A stretch of DNA of 38,723 nt, taken from positions 47,286,804 through 47,325,526 of the forward strand of contig JBOZIK010000001.1 of assembly GCA_051453625.1 (NCBI GenBank), written 5' to 3'. This DNA comes from Welwitschia mirabilis (lineage: Eukaryota). Below the pieces are notes generated by a model. The model was not told the DNA's origin. It did no database searches and saw only the letters and a list, made by a program, of their open reading frames with translations. Positions 1 through 12,963 of the stretch are shown here, piece by piece (the first letter of the stretch is position 1; each line of letters starts with the position of its first letter). The position numbers and the translations under genes are program-made.

Positions 1-433
1 TTACAATAAAAAATTTCAGGAAATTGTAAAGTTTTTGTACCTTGACTGTTTTGATTTTCAAATTCAAAATTAAGAAAACCTTCTCAGATATTTTCTGCAA
101 TAAATTATCGCTTTTATTGGTATTTTTCACCTTTTCTGATCTTAACCATTCAGTTTCAGTGCTATTCTATGTGTTATTCTATCTGTCGTCTGGACGATAC
201 CTGAGACGACAGAAGCAAAAAACACAGAAAAACACAGAACAGGGAAGAGCAGAAAAGGGTTCTGTCATCTAGCTGTGACATCTAAACAACTGATGGGACA
301 TCAGTGGTTAGTAAAAAATAAAAGAAAAAACTAAAATAAAAATACTTACAGAGGATAATGGTACATTAATGCTGCAGTAAACATCTGGAATATCCACTAA
401 AGCAATGACAACTCTTGATTTCCAAGTAGCCTT

Positions 434-450
434 CCCTAGCAACAGTGCCA
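434..450 (-). promoter_or_regulatory. Primer-binding site of element A (tRNA-Asp type)
   Basis: Plus strand ccctagcaacagtgcca matches the plant tRNA-Asp 3' end CCCCGGCAACGGCGCCA at 13/17; all mismatches are C>T/G>A transitions; 3 nt from the LTR end. Confidence 0.85.
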
Positions 451-453
451 ATT

Positions 454-1664
454 TGTTGCATTGTGTATTTATGCAATAGTTCATGTTTTAATTTCAATCT
501 TGTTAATTATAAATAAGATGCAAAATACAACATGCTAGTATAGATGGAGTGATTCGAATGTTGTAATTCCGTTGAAGGCCAATGGTATGGACAATAAAGA
601 GTTGATTTCAGAAAAGAAATATGTAACCCTAATTTATTAAATTAAATTACAATGCATAAAATAGAATAACGATGCAAGACTAATCTATGAAAATAAATAG
701 CGATGCATCTAATCTAATTAAGCTCAACCTTAATGAAGGTTGCCCTCATAACCTATATAATTAAAGTAACCTGTCACGAATTTAGAACAACATAAACTAT
801 GAGGGATAAGTTCCTGCAATTGTTAATAAAAAGAGTAATTCATATTAAAAAAAAAAAGGACATCTGTATCACAAAGTAGCCATTCCTCAATGGAGGATAC
901 ACTGCCCAATACCAAGGTAACGTCTCTCTGGATTACAAGATGGTTCTCCAGTCCCAAGATCTCCTATCACGAGAATGTCAGGTACTATCAAAGATGATTA
1001 GGGAGTGAGGGGGAGACCTTTATTTATAGACAAAAAGGAAAGGTAAACTGATAGAAAGGTAAAGTAGAAACTCTAGCTAACATGCAAAGGAAAGTCGTAA
1101 ATAAGAGGTGACAAATTGGGAATACATTCTGTAAACATGATAGAGAATAGTGTCATCTTTCTAGTCATCTGAACGATGGAGGAGATGATGAGGATTGATA
1201 ATGAGTTATCTGCTTAGCTTCCAATTTAACTATCTGTAAATTGCATGCAAACTATTGTCGACTATTTCTGGAGATGTCATCCACTAGTATCATCTGGACG
1301 ATGAGGTGTACGATGATGTCTAATAAAAATATCTTCAGTTTAACTATAATTTATTTGAAATAAGTCTATTTATCACTAAATTGGGGTTGTCGTCCTGATT
1401 ATCGTGGGGACGACAGAGGGGATGACAGTCTTTTCTTCATCTTTTGTCAGTCTGATATCTTGCTGTTTACAGGAATAATTATCTGAAAATACAATTTATC
1501 CATATCTACATGAAATACTTGTGAATTATTTGATAAACTACATGTTTTCATCTTATGCTCCTGGATTCTTGATTATCATAGGAAAACTAGACATTTATCT
1601 ATTAGTTTATCTGCAAAACAACTCAAAATACCCTATCAAATACATCTAAGTTGGCATCACAACA
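454..1664 (-). repeat. 5' LTR of element A (~1.21 kb)
   Basis: Terminal inverted TGTTG/CAACA; the minus-strand start tgttgtgatgccaacttagatgtatttgatagggtattttgag aligns with the related LTR start at 34198. Confidence 0.8.
1021..1028 (-). promoter_or_regulatory. TATA box of LTR A
   Basis: TATAAATA on the minus strand in the context tctataaataaaggtctcccc; counterpart caataaatagagatctcgccc at ~34694. Confidence 0.6.
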
Positions 1665-1699
1665 ATGGTCTTATCTCTTGAAAATCTAAGATATATGTT

Positions 1700-2160
1700 T
1701 GATAATAACCCTTCTAATTTATTAATTTCTTTATCTATGCCTTCATTAAAGAAAAACATTTTATAAGAATTATTAATCATAAAAGAGAAAGGAATAGGAT
1801 AGTTCTCTTATAACTTGAAATAATTAAGGCTTAATGAGTATTCTTCTTATCCCCTTCTTAAAAGTTTCAATTAGCGTGTGGAGTCTTTTTATGATAGCAA
1901 TTATAAGTTCAATTCATCACTTGCTCATCCATCCTATTCTTTTAACCTTAATCCTTTTTCATCTTCACCCATGAGTGCATACCAGTCTTGTGAACTTAAC
2001 CTGATTTTATCAAATGATCTTGAATTAAATTTACCTAATCAAGCCTTGGGAAGCTTAGATCAAACTATGGAAAAATATCATGTATTACAAGATTCTGTTT
2101 TTATAGAAAATTCTAATCATTTTCATCTAGTTCACTTACATTTTAGCTACTTATACTCAT
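1700..2160 (+). pseudogene. Decayed integrase C-terminal region of element B
   Basis: Mixed frames give YNLK*LRLNEYSSY and LGKLRSNYG, resembling Athila LxELEELRLxAY and PGKLRSRW. Confidence 0.45.
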
Positions 2161-3203
2161 CCAAGTCACCTTCATATAATCCTTCATCACCTACATTTCA
2201 TCTACCCTTTTCATCATCTTATGAGTTTGTAAGACTCATTGATCCTAGTTATTGGTCTTTCCTTTAAATCATGAATAAAGACATTTTTTACCTTTTTTAA
2301 ATCTTAGTTAAAGTTTTGTGAGTTTTTTCTTTTTATTAGTTTTTATTTGAATGTTTAAGTTATTTGTTAAAATTTGCATGCATTTAGAGATCTTCAATTT
2401 CGAACCAAAGGAAAAAAGGTGGACTTACTTCTTTCATGATGTTTCTTTGTTTTAAAATATTTACAGAGATGAGATTTCTTTTTCTGTTAGGTTAATGAGC
2501 CAATGATCCCTTTCATGTGCTATGAATATAAAAATAATAATAATAAGAGCAAGAAATATTAAGAAAAATCTTAAAGCTCTTTAGCACATTTTTTTAAATA
2601 ATATTTTTTATTGGATTTAGTTAATTGCATTAAGGCTAGAAATCCATACTAGCCATGTAGCTTTAATGATTTAATTGTGATACATTCATCTACATTAGGG
2701 CTATAGATGTTTGCTAGTATTATAGCATTGAATCTGTTTTGTACAACATGTTAACTATATTAGAAGGAGATATCACAACACTGAATGCTTAATATGATCA
2801 AATGCTTAAAACTTAGATAATCATGAAAAAAATAAGAAAAAGAAATGAAATTAAGGTGGGATTAAAGAAATCTTGTGTTTGATTATTGTAATAACTAAAT
2901 TTAACATTCTTTGGTTAGTTGTAATTTTTCAAAAGTTTACTAACTTAGTCTTTTCTTTGTCTTGGGAAAGGATCCACCATATTATATAAATAAATAAATA
3001 TTATTATCTTGTATTTTCATCTTATTTCATTTATTCATAGGCTGCATAATAGGGTTTTGTATTCATTCATCCACTCAATCACATTTTCACTTACTTTCAT
3101 TGTCCATTCTAAGCCACAATCCTTTAATTTTTTCTTCTATGAAAATCACATCAACAAAACATTGTGTTTTCTATGATTTGATCCTACTACTCATGTTTAG
3201 ATC

Positions 3204-3245
3204 TAAGGAAAAATCAATGTATAATAAGGAAAAATCAATGTATAA
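3204..3245. repeat. Perfect 21-bp tandem duplication
   Basis: taaggaaaaatcaatgtataa x2. Confidence 0.95.
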
Positions 3246-3640
3246 TGTTGATAAGATCTTTTCATCTAATGACTCTTTTTTATCTACTTTCTATAAAAAC
3301 CTATAATTCCAAGCCAATTGCATTAAGCACTTATTTTTCTTGCAATCAAAACACTACTGTAATCCTTTTCCAGTTTACTTAAGCTACATCTCAAAGAAAT
3401 ATTAGTGCTCTTACTTGATCTCACTAGTATCAAAATCTATCTATTTTTCTACATGTCTGATCTTCTTTTGCAGGGCTATTTATATTTTCTTTTAGTTTTC
3501 AGATTATTGGTAAGATTAGTTTCATTTCAAAGGTTCGTGTATTCTTATTTCACTTCATTTTTTACCCTTTTGAATTTTATTTACATTTTTTTCATTTTTA
3601 ATTCCTTTTTTATTATTTTATCTTATCCTTTTAGGCCATC

Positions 3641-4684
3641 ATGAGTGGAAGAGTAGACTCCTTTTGGGAGGAATGCATCTTCACACTTTTACCTTAATAA
3701 GATTTAATTAAGGAATTAGAAATATTTGCTCAAAGAGGATGGCATCTTTTACTTTTAAAGTCTATTTTGAAATTATACAATAATGCAATAATTGATGAAG
3801 ATGATCCTTGGGTAACCTACTTCTTTATTCGATACACCTCCATTGTTATTTATTTGAATGATGTAGGAGATTTGTTAAGAATAGAGTATCATAATAGTTT
3901 ATCTTACATGCTTATCAAACCCCTTAGCTATTGTTGTGTTGCTCTTAATGTTGATTATGCACCTAACAAAGAATGAGCCCTACCTTGCAAATACCTCTAT
4001 GAAAACCAACTTGCATTTTTTAGATTCATTATTTAAAATGTTTTATCCACTTCTCATGTAACTAATACCTATAGTAGTCATCTTGATATGATTAGGATTA
4101 TCTAAGATAGCAAGCCTTTGATATTACCAAATGTCTCTTTACTACTATAACTAATAATATGGACCACAAGAGTAATCTTCTTCTTTCTCACTTAGTTTTA
4201 AACTTGATCTACAATGCCTTATCTTACACCTTAGGTGTTGAGGGATGGGATAAAACCTTTATTAAAACCATTACCCCTAGAAACATTACTCAACTTGGGA
4301 AGTGCAAGAATTAGGATTGGATTCTTAAGGGCCTCCAACAAATTCAAGAAGAGAATAAATAACTTCTTCTCCTATTCATGTTCCTCATTCTTCATGCTCT
4401 CCATGCATTTTAAGAATAAAGGAAAAGCTCCCATTACTGGAATGCCTCATACCCCTTATTACCCACCTTTTTCTACTCCTCCTTCTACCACTCATAGTTA
4501 TTCTTTTACTAGTTTAAGTGATACTTCTATATAGGAAGTCCCTAAATCTCAAATGATATAGATTAAAAAATTATGGCAAAAGATGAAAAGAAATGGAAAG
4601 AAACAAAAGGAGGTACCTAAGAATCAAGAATAAATGGATGAGAAACTAGAAAGGTTGGCTTATCATAGAAGATCCATGGGTTAA
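3641..4684 (+). pseudogene. Decayed Athila env-like (plant transposon protein/Transposase_32-like) ORF of element B
   Basis: MSGRVDSF...IFAQRGWHLF, ...FDITKCLF, NLLLSHLVLNLI, a P/S-rich linker after KGKAP, and a C-terminal IKKLWQKMK...MDEKLERL coiled coil; lies between INT and PPT. Confidence 0.55.
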
Positions 4685-5051
4685 GTTTTTCTCACATTTT
4701 ATCTCTGCTACTCTTCTTCATCTATATTTTCTAGTTGTAATACCTAAATTATACTTATATTTTTATTTATTTTAATATCTTTTGAGTTTAATAGAAAATT
4801 AATATGAAGTTCTACTCTGAAAAACTGAGATTTTATTTTAAAATATCATGCAACTTCAAACATCTTAATTCAACTATTAGGCTCTAAAACATAAGGATTG
4901 ATACCTATCTAGTAGTAGAGAGAGTGATACTAATATCCTAACCAATGTTGTTACCATATTCTACACAAATAGATTCCCATTTTTCATAGATACCCTTGAT
5001 TACATGTACTATATTTTTAGGAATTAGGCCTTTGTTAAAAAGTTATAGAAA

Positions 5052-5151
5052 NNNNNNNNNNNNNNNNNNNNNNNNNNNNNNNNNNNNNNNNNNNNNNNNN
5101 NNNNNNNNNNNNNNNNNNNNNNNNNNNNNNNNNNNNNNNNNNNNNNNNNNN
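5052..5151. other. Assembly gap (100 N)
   Basis: N run. Confidence 1.
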
Positions 5152-6331
5152 ACTTCTTCCTCTCATGTCCCTCTTCCTTCATACTCTCTATCCATCATAA
5201 GAAGAAAGGAAAAGCTCCTATGGATGAAACCTCTTATACCCCTTACTCTTTAGCTTCTTCATCTCTTCCTTCTACCACTTATAGATATTCCTCTCCTACT
5301 TAAAGTAATACTTTAAGTGATACTTTTCTATAGGATGTCCCTAAATCTTAGAGGACTTGGATTGTAAAATTATGGGAAAAGATGAAAAATATTGTAAAGA
5401 AACAAAAAGAGATATCTAAAAAGAAAAAATAAATGGATGAGAAACTAGAAATATTGACTTCTCTTAGAAGATTTATGGGCTATATGTTTTTCACCTTCTC
5501 TCTCTCTCACACCCTTGTTCATCTATATTTTTTGGTTGTAATAGCTGTGTTGTATTTGCATCTTAATTTATTGTAAGGTATTTTAAATTTAATAGAAAAT
5601 TAATGTGAAGTTCTATTTCTAAAAACTAGATTTTATTATGAACTATGATAAAACTTCAAATGTCTTAATTTGATTGTGAGGCTTTAAAACATAAGGATTA
5701 TGCTGCCTTATTTTTCACAAATAGATTTTGATTTTTCATAGAAATTCTTAATTACACTTACTATGGTTTTAGAACTCGGGTCTCCATTAGAAAGTTATAG
5801 AAACTGATTGATTTAGATTCATCCTTTACATTTTCATTTCAAAATCATCACATTCACTCATTATGTTTCATTCTAGTTTAGTCATTTCTAAGCTTTTATA
5901 GCCATATCTTTTAGATTTAGAAGTTTAAGACAGTGAAAGTAAAGTCTTATCTTTGATTTTTACTCTCTGATTTACATTATTTTGCATTTTATCTTTTCTA
6001 TTTTAGTCATGTGTGACACATTTTTCTTTCTTGCAACTTCTTTTTCTAGTTCATTCTAGATCACATTAGAACATGCATCATTCATTTCTCATTGTATTTA
6101 CATTCAACTTTTTTTATTTTAAACTTTGAGAAAAAAGTTTAGATTTGATTGGGATAAGTGTCATTTTCACTTAAACTTCTCATTTTTCATGCCATATATT
6201 TTACTTAAAGTGTAATTTTAGAGTACATTAGCTAAATTTTTTCCCAATAACCCTTCATCTTTTCATACTTTATTAATTTAATTTGCAATTTTCATCATGT
6301 TATCTAATTTTTTAACATACTTTTTTACTAA

Positions 6332-6360
6332 TGGACTAGTAAAATATTAGTTTGGAGGTA
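6332..6360 (+). promoter_or_regulatory. Polypurine tract region of element B
   Basis: tggactagtaaaatattagtttggaggta directly before TGATAAC, resembling the Athila GGGACTAGCAAAA..AAGTTTGGGGG-TGATA junction. Confidence 0.7.
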
Positions 6361-7564
6361 TGATAACACTCAAAAATTAACATTTATATTAAGGAATTAA
6401 GGCCTTGTTAGTAAATTTAATTAATAATCATGGTATTTTTATGCATTTCTTTTACTTAAGACCATAAAAATCCTATTTTACTACTAATATGCCTAAAAAC
6501 TACCATTTTGCTGGATAAATGTTACATTAGGGGCATTATGATAGGATATGGATATGTGTTAATCATAATTAATGGTAGTGCTGCTTCTAAGGACTACAAC
6601 ACTAGTTTCTTCGAGCAAAAAAGTACCATTCTTATGTTTCTGTGTTTTCTTGATGTAAGCGATTCATTTTTGACATTCTTAAAAATGGAAGATGAACAAG
6701 AAATATTTCTAAAAAGAATACATTAATTTAGCCCCATGACTAAAGAATTATTTTATACATTTTGGACATTCTCTAGAATGACCCAATTAGGTATTAGAAA
6801 TCCTTATTGGAAACTCTAATTTAGGTTTATAAATACCCTTTCTCATTTCATTTGAAGGAAATTACTTTTCATTGTGATATTTCAAGGAGATTAAAAATTT
6901 AGTTATGAGTTCTTTCTAAGCCTTCCATAGGGATGAGCTAGCTACCAAGCTAGCATGGTACTTTTTCATTTAGCATCAGTACATTTCTAGATTGTATGCT
7001 TTACTTATTCTAATAATAAAGTGATATATGTTCTTGATGTATTACTTTAATATCAAGCTGTGAATGTCATACTTATTACACTTAGGATTTTATAATTTAT
7101 GATTTTACTTTAAGATCTAATTTGGTGGTTTTCCTACATTTTATCTTGCATAATCTGAATGCTTATTTAATGGATCTTGAGAAATCTTATTTTTCATGTT
7201 TATTTTATTCTTGCTGTGAATGCTAGGTGGCTTGGTTATATCACTCTCATCTCTATGATGAATGAGATTATGCCATTGTGCTTAAGCTTGGGCTAATGAA
7301 ATACTCATGGTCATAGTGGATTATATCATTATGAATGAGTTGGAAGTAAAGCTACATGTTTTCATCTTAAGTACTTATACATTTTCATGAATTTATTATG
7401 CTAGTTTGAATCGTATGTTGCATTCCTAGATCTATAATATCATTTTACTCTTTATTACCCTCTACTCTTGCTAGCATTTGTCATATATCTCTAAGGAAGA
7501 ACAACACTAGGACTATATTACAAACAGAAGTTTTAGTATTTTTGGTAAAATATGGGTTTAATCA
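6361..7564 (+). repeat. 3' LTR of element B (~1.2 kb; right end less certain)
   Basis: Starts TGATAAC after the PPT, TATAAATA at 6828-6835, ends ...tttaATCA; LINE ORF1 sequence follows. Confidence 0.6.
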
Positions 7565-8545
7565 CACAAGATTTATATTCTAAGATAATCTTGTAAATTA
7601 TCATATATTAATAACACATATAAGCATAATAAAATTTCACCATGAATAATTATTCTTAGTTACCTTTTGCTACTTTAACTTATTGGGCTTCTAGTTCTTA
7701 TCCTTTCTAGCCATTTTCTCTTTATTACCCTAGTTTTATTGTTTGTTTGTTCCTTGTTTACCTTCTAAATTAATCACCATGTCTTTTTTTTCCATTCTTT
7801 TAACCATCTATAGACATCTTTGTGCTTCTTGATTTTACATTTACTTAAGTCATGTCCATATATTTTTCTGTATTAATAATCTTTTTTTCTCTTTTTTTTG
7901 ATAACTTTTAAATGAGTACCCTTTTCTGCTACATTTTTCATAGACTTTTTCCTTCATTATTGGATAGAACCTTTCTAAATACTATATGACTGAGCATAAA
8001 TAACAAGATTAGAGTATGTTTTCATACTCCACCTAAACCTTATTAACTCCATGATAGTGCAATATTTCAAAGCTTCTTAGGTACTTGATTAGCATAAGGT
8101 ATATCCACACATAGAATCTAAGGAGAACTAACCATGTATCATTGATAGTTACTGGATCTAGCTTAATCATCTCCTTAAATTTTGATGCGATTTATTGAAT
8201 AAACTCTTGATTCTATAGGGTCAAATTCACTTATATTAGGTTTACCCATATTGGTAGTTTCTGAAAGTATTTTCAAGGTTATCATTAGATGAAAGTGAGT
8301 TTCTAACACCAAAAAATCAAGGTTCCCTTATCATGATGAAGTTTAAGTTCTACTCAATCTCGAACCTAAATAATACTAATCCTTTTGTAAGGAAAATGAT
8401 CTAAATGACATTTATTCTTATGCATTTTATTACTCCCCACTCTCTAATAGCTTCTATATTTGGTTTTGGTCTAGCCAAGATACAAAATCCTACAAGACTA
8501 AACTTATATCACTCTTGAGCATCTAAACAATGTTCTGGGGCTACT
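7565..8545 (-). pseudogene. L1-type LINE ORF1 remnant (DUF4283-like plus zinc knuckles)
   Basis: Minus strand reads FSLVGFCILARPKPNIEAIREW, KGLVLFRFEIE*NLNFIMIREP*FFG, KLPIWVNL...IASKF.EMIKLD..T, VEYENIL*SCYLCSVI*YLERFYP and YEKCSRKGYSFKSY (decayed CX2CX4HX4C). Confidence 0.85.
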
Positions 8546-9050
8546 TTAAATATCTTTTTTAAGCTATTGAATTTGATTAATCTTTTGATTTTTCCCATTT
8601 AACTTATGAAAGCTATATTAGGATTTTATTTATTCCTTTATGTTAATTAACTTCTATTGTAATTAAAATTACTTTAAACACTTAGCTTTAATATTCCATC
8701 ATTTTTTAATCTTTTTCTTTCAAATATTTAAATTAAAATAAATCCTTCATCCATCTAAAATATAGGCAGTTATTTTAATTATTAAGATTTTGATCAATTT
8801 AAACTAATATAAGTAATAGTTTGACTCTAAGATGCTTAAAGAGTCAAAAGCCAAGAAACATTGATAAGGAATCTATCCAACTTTTTAAGAATTAGATTCA
8901 AAACAAAATTTTCATTTTTATAAGGATGGATAGAATTTTTAATTAAAATTTCCATTAAAATACAATCATCTATATCTCTTCTAAAAATAACTTTTTAAAG
9001 AATACCAATAATTCCCACTAAAATTTTCTCTTTGAAACTAATAAGATCAC
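8546..9050 (-). pseudogene. L1 LINE ORF2 endonuclease (EEP) fragment, copy 2
   Basis: DIDDCILMEILIK...ILKKLDRFLINVSWL, matching the plant L1 endonuclease xKLDRFLxNxxW motif. Confidence 0.75.
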
Positions 9051-9059
9051 TCTCATTTT

Positions 9060-9900
9060 TGTAAAAATGAATATCTGAAAGAATTTTTTTTCTTTGTTAT
9101 CTAAATCATTCATCCACTCATCTTGTTGAATCTCTTTTTTAATATATTGAATTTGCTAAAATGTATTAATGTTTTTATTTTTTAATGTAACATATGAGAG
9201 CTATATTAGGATTTTACCTATTCCTTAACACTAATTAACTTCTATTCTAACTGTAATGTATTGAGCACTTTCAAATCTTGAAATTGAAATTAAGCTTTCA
9301 TCCATCTAAAAAGTCAATAGTTATTTTGATTTTGAAAAATAATCAATTAAGTTAAACCAATATAAGTAATAATTTTACTCAAGCATTCTAGAAAAGCCAA
9401 AAGACAAGAAACATTTGCAAGGAATTTGTTTAACTTTTTAAGAATTATATTCAAACAAAAATATCGATATTTGCAAGTATAGAAAAATGTTTTAATTAGA
9501 AATTTACATTAAACCATAGTTATCTACATCTCTTCTACCTTTTTTTTCTTTTTGTTAAAGAATACCAAAATTTTGCAACCCCTTTTCCTTAATATTCATT
9601 AATTACAACATTAAAATAGAAACCAAGTAAAATAATTTTAAAAAAATATTAAAATATTGTAATCCTAAATTTTTCAAAAATATTTGATTTTCTTCACAAA
9701 TGATGAATAATAGATACAAACTTAATTAATGTAACATTACCCATAATGATATTTGTAATCGATGCTAAAATGTTTATTCAAAATCACTATTGCATTCTAA
9801 TGGATCTAGAAATTAAAATTGTTTATAGAGTTTAATGCACCAATACAAAGTAAAAGCATGATATAACATGGGCTAGTGCAATCCTTATCTTACAGATTTA
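9060..9900 (-). pseudogene. L1 LINE ORF2 endonuclease (EEP) fragment, copy 1
   Basis: ILLGFYFNVV (decayed GDFN), ILKKLNKFLANVSCL, followed by the coiled-coil QIQYIKKEIQ; homologous to 8546-9012. Confidence 0.7.
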
Positions 9901-10232
9901 TCATTAAAATATTCATTTTAAGAGGAAGCCTTAAAGTGATTAAGTTTCAAAAAATGTTTGTTTTAATTACGACTTGTACTCTAAATTGTAAGATTAATAT
10001 TTATTAAAAACTTAAAGTGTTTGATAAGTGAATAACCTTCTAAGATAAGTTAAAATCCAAAGTTATTTATTTAAACACAAATATTCTATATTAAAACTAT
10101 GTACATAAAATACAATGAGGGTGAAACATATTTTTATTTAAAATCATAGAGGAAGATGCTAATATAACACCTATATCTAGATACTACAATATCCTAAATA
10201 CTTGACTTGTAGAAAATAGTAGTGTTATATAG

Positions 10233-10268
10233 AAATAAGAGCATTCCAAAAAATAAGAGCATTCCAAA
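10233..10268. repeat. Perfect 18-bp tandem duplication
   Basis: aaataagagcattccaaa x2. Confidence 0.95.
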
Positions 10269-12703
10269 ATGGTATGGATAAAAGACTTTTTAATGAAATT
10301 AGTTTATAATGATTTGCTAGAATATAGTTAATATCAAATAAAGTCTTTTTAGAATCAAATGTTTTGTATTAATTTATTATAAAATAAGTAACATAAAGTA
10401 TAATCTTTTCAAAATAAAATTATTTGTAGTAATGCTAAAATATAAACAGCTAATAATGTTTCTTTTACAGGTTATTGCAATAAAGAAGAGAAATTTTTAG
10501 CTTTCTCCTATGTTCATCTTAAGTTTGATACCATTTACAAATGCTACATAAATGTACTAAAAACATTTACTTGTATGCCAATCTCAATCTTATTATGATT
10601 TCCACCTGTTACACAAGTATGCCAAAATGGTCCTTAATAGGTAGATATAAGAATATGTATACCTGTGTTGGGGTGATTAAGGAAAAGGAACTTGTACAAA
10701 ATATGGATGACAACTCATTCACATGAAGTAGATATGTATGCACTTGTTATACACGTATTTAAATATAATAATAGGAAGTGCTATGTGATATTTCTATTAT
10801 AATTTTGATATTATATCCACTTGACATGTGGTTGCTTTTTAGTATTCTTCATGATGTTCTTTATACTCATATTTTTTTATCACATATTTCATTAATGTTC
10901 TCTAATTATTGGTCACTTGTCATGATGCTCTTTAATGTATATAGTTTTGCAAAACAACATAAATGTTATAAATGTTAAATTTCTAATAGTTAAATACTAA
11001 AGTAATTTAATGCGTGAAAAAAACATAATCGCAAATATTTACAGTAATTACATATCCATTACTATGTTTATATCTTATAAATGTGTATAAAAATGTATTA
11101 TTTTAATATAATATTTTCTTTCCATTTCCTATGAAAATTATCCTAGTCATTAGTAAATAATCAAAGGCTTAAAGTACTTACTTGGGATTTAATTTGGTTG
11201 AATTTTAATTATTTAAAATTTTATATACTCCATTAATCTTCCACCTGTCTCATTTTATTGATAAGATACTTTTATTCAATAAATTTTAGGATTTCAAGTC
11301 TATCATCTAAAATATTGAATAACGTGATTTCTTGACTACATATGTCTAACATGAATGATTAGTTACTCAAATAATAGTATTCCCTATAATTTCCATTAAT
11401 CATCAATTCATCATAAGAATAGATAGTAAAAGAAATATAGAGTTGTATTTCAATAATCTAGATATGCTAAAAATATCTAATATTATCTTTTATCAAGCAT
11501 TTTATAAATTATTAGGTATAGCTTTCGAAATATTAGACATGACAGAAACTAACATTGATAAATAATAAAAATCTTTTAAAATTTTTAGTAATGTAACATT
11601 AGTACGAAACAAATTCTAAAATGAAAAATATACTTATATATAACTATTTATATCATTTAAAATTAAGTTTTTATGTTTTCTAATAGATTTAGTATTATTA
11701 AATAATTTTGCAACTTAGCCTTTGAAAAGGCATGTGTTATAACCCAAAATCAATCTTTTATGTTTTCTAAGAGACATAGTAATAATACAGAAGTGCTCAT
11801 CTAACTATAGTTTGGAGTTTAATTCATTTTAAAAAAAATTAAAAATAAAAACTTTGCATGTTATAATTATCATTAAGCATAAAATCTATTTGTTTCCCTT
11901 TTTTAAAAATATTTAATAACTTTTTTAGTTTGTGAAATTAACTTCAACATTTCTGATGAAGAACCTCACTATAGGATGACTGTGTAGAACTAAGAAGGGA
12001 GTCATGGTATAAGATGCATAAGAGAGAGGTTTTATACTCCACTAAAGTAATGTTACAACTTGAGACTCTTTCTAGAAATGTCAATTTCCACATTCATCAT
12101 ACTATAGGATTTGAAAGACATCCATTTTTCCTTATATCTGCATGCATGTGTCTACGTCCTACTAAACATAACATTACTTTCTAAAATAAAATTTCATATT
12201 CTTGTGTCATGTCACATCTCTATAATTTATAACTTTTGAGAATTTAAATTACTAGATTTTTTATGGTCTATTCATAATAGTATTGTTAATTACTTGATGA
12301 ACTCTTTATGGCTAAGTAAGGTATCATTCTATACATCGTTTTATTTAATATTCTCTTTTTAATCATTGTGCCTATTTTCATGACACCATTTATTTTTATG
12401 CTACTATTTTATTCATTGCTTGCATCTGATATTTGACCAAGATCATATAAAGAGGAGAATGTGGAGCTCAAACTACAAGCTGGACACTTGAGAACATCTA
12501 CTTTCTTTGAGCCTATATCGAAAGACATCATATAAATACATCTGTCTAGAGGGGGAAAAAACTATTAGTGCCTTAAAAGGGAAAAGTTGGTAAAACTACA
12601 TAATAGTGAGAAACATGATTGCTATGAAATTCTTTAATCCTTACCTTAGAAATCTTGGAACTATATCTTTACTAAGTTTATTATGAGTCATAATGAGATT
12701 AAA

Positions 12704-12958
12704 TGTTGTATAAATGCAAAAGAGAAAAACAAAATAGGAGTGAAGAAAATAGACACTAACTCAGATAAAAAAAACACTCATAGGATTTACATGATAAAAC
12801 CCTTCGATGTAAAGGGAAATGTCAATGGAAATTAGGTATTCTATTAGAATTCAAAAAAGAAAAATATAGTTATGAAAAGGATTTAGTAATTAATGTAGTA
12901 TAATGAACTAGATTTAAAGCTAAGTTTACACTTAGCTATCATTCTTTCTTAGGGATAA
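12704..12958. mobile_element. Possible Copia-type LTR fragment into which element C inserted
   Basis: Starts TGTTG; contains gatttacatgataaaacccttcgatgtaaagggaaa, resembling the GATTTACGTGGAAAACCC...GGGAAAAACCACGG motif I recall from Copia LTRs. Confidence 0.3.
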
Positions 12959-12963
12959 CATGG

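Larger units (their letters stand above)
1..1664 (-). mobile_element. Athila-like LTR retrotransposon A: 5' LTR, PBS and leader (the element continues beyond the left edge)
   Basis: LTR bounded by TGTTG...CAACA (454-1664), followed on the minus strand by a tRNA-Asp-type PBS; TATA box inside the LTR. Confidence 0.85.
1665..7564 (+). mobile_element. 3' half of Athila-like element B (integrase C-terminus, env-like ORF, PPT, 3' LTR); interrupted by element A and crossing a gap
   Basis: Canonical order INT C-term > env-like > PPT > LTR on the plus strand. Confidence 0.7.

Noticed and set aside
1878..2267. Independent 129-aa gene
   Set aside because: Better explained as frame-shifted integrase C-terminus plus low-complexity sequence
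7950..8023. Right end of LTR B
   Set aside because: The minus strand here encodes the LINE ORF1 VEYE-CX2C knuckle, so the LTR must end earlier (~7564)
10000..12420. Host gene in the AT-rich interval (acceptor-like tcttttacag at ~10470 and small ORFs)
   Set aside because: No coherent exon chain or recognisable protein; left unannotated
12430..12610. Host exon (EENVELKLQAGHLR, faintly bZIP-like)
   Set aside because: Too short, stop soon after, and no convincing splice sites or neighbouring exons
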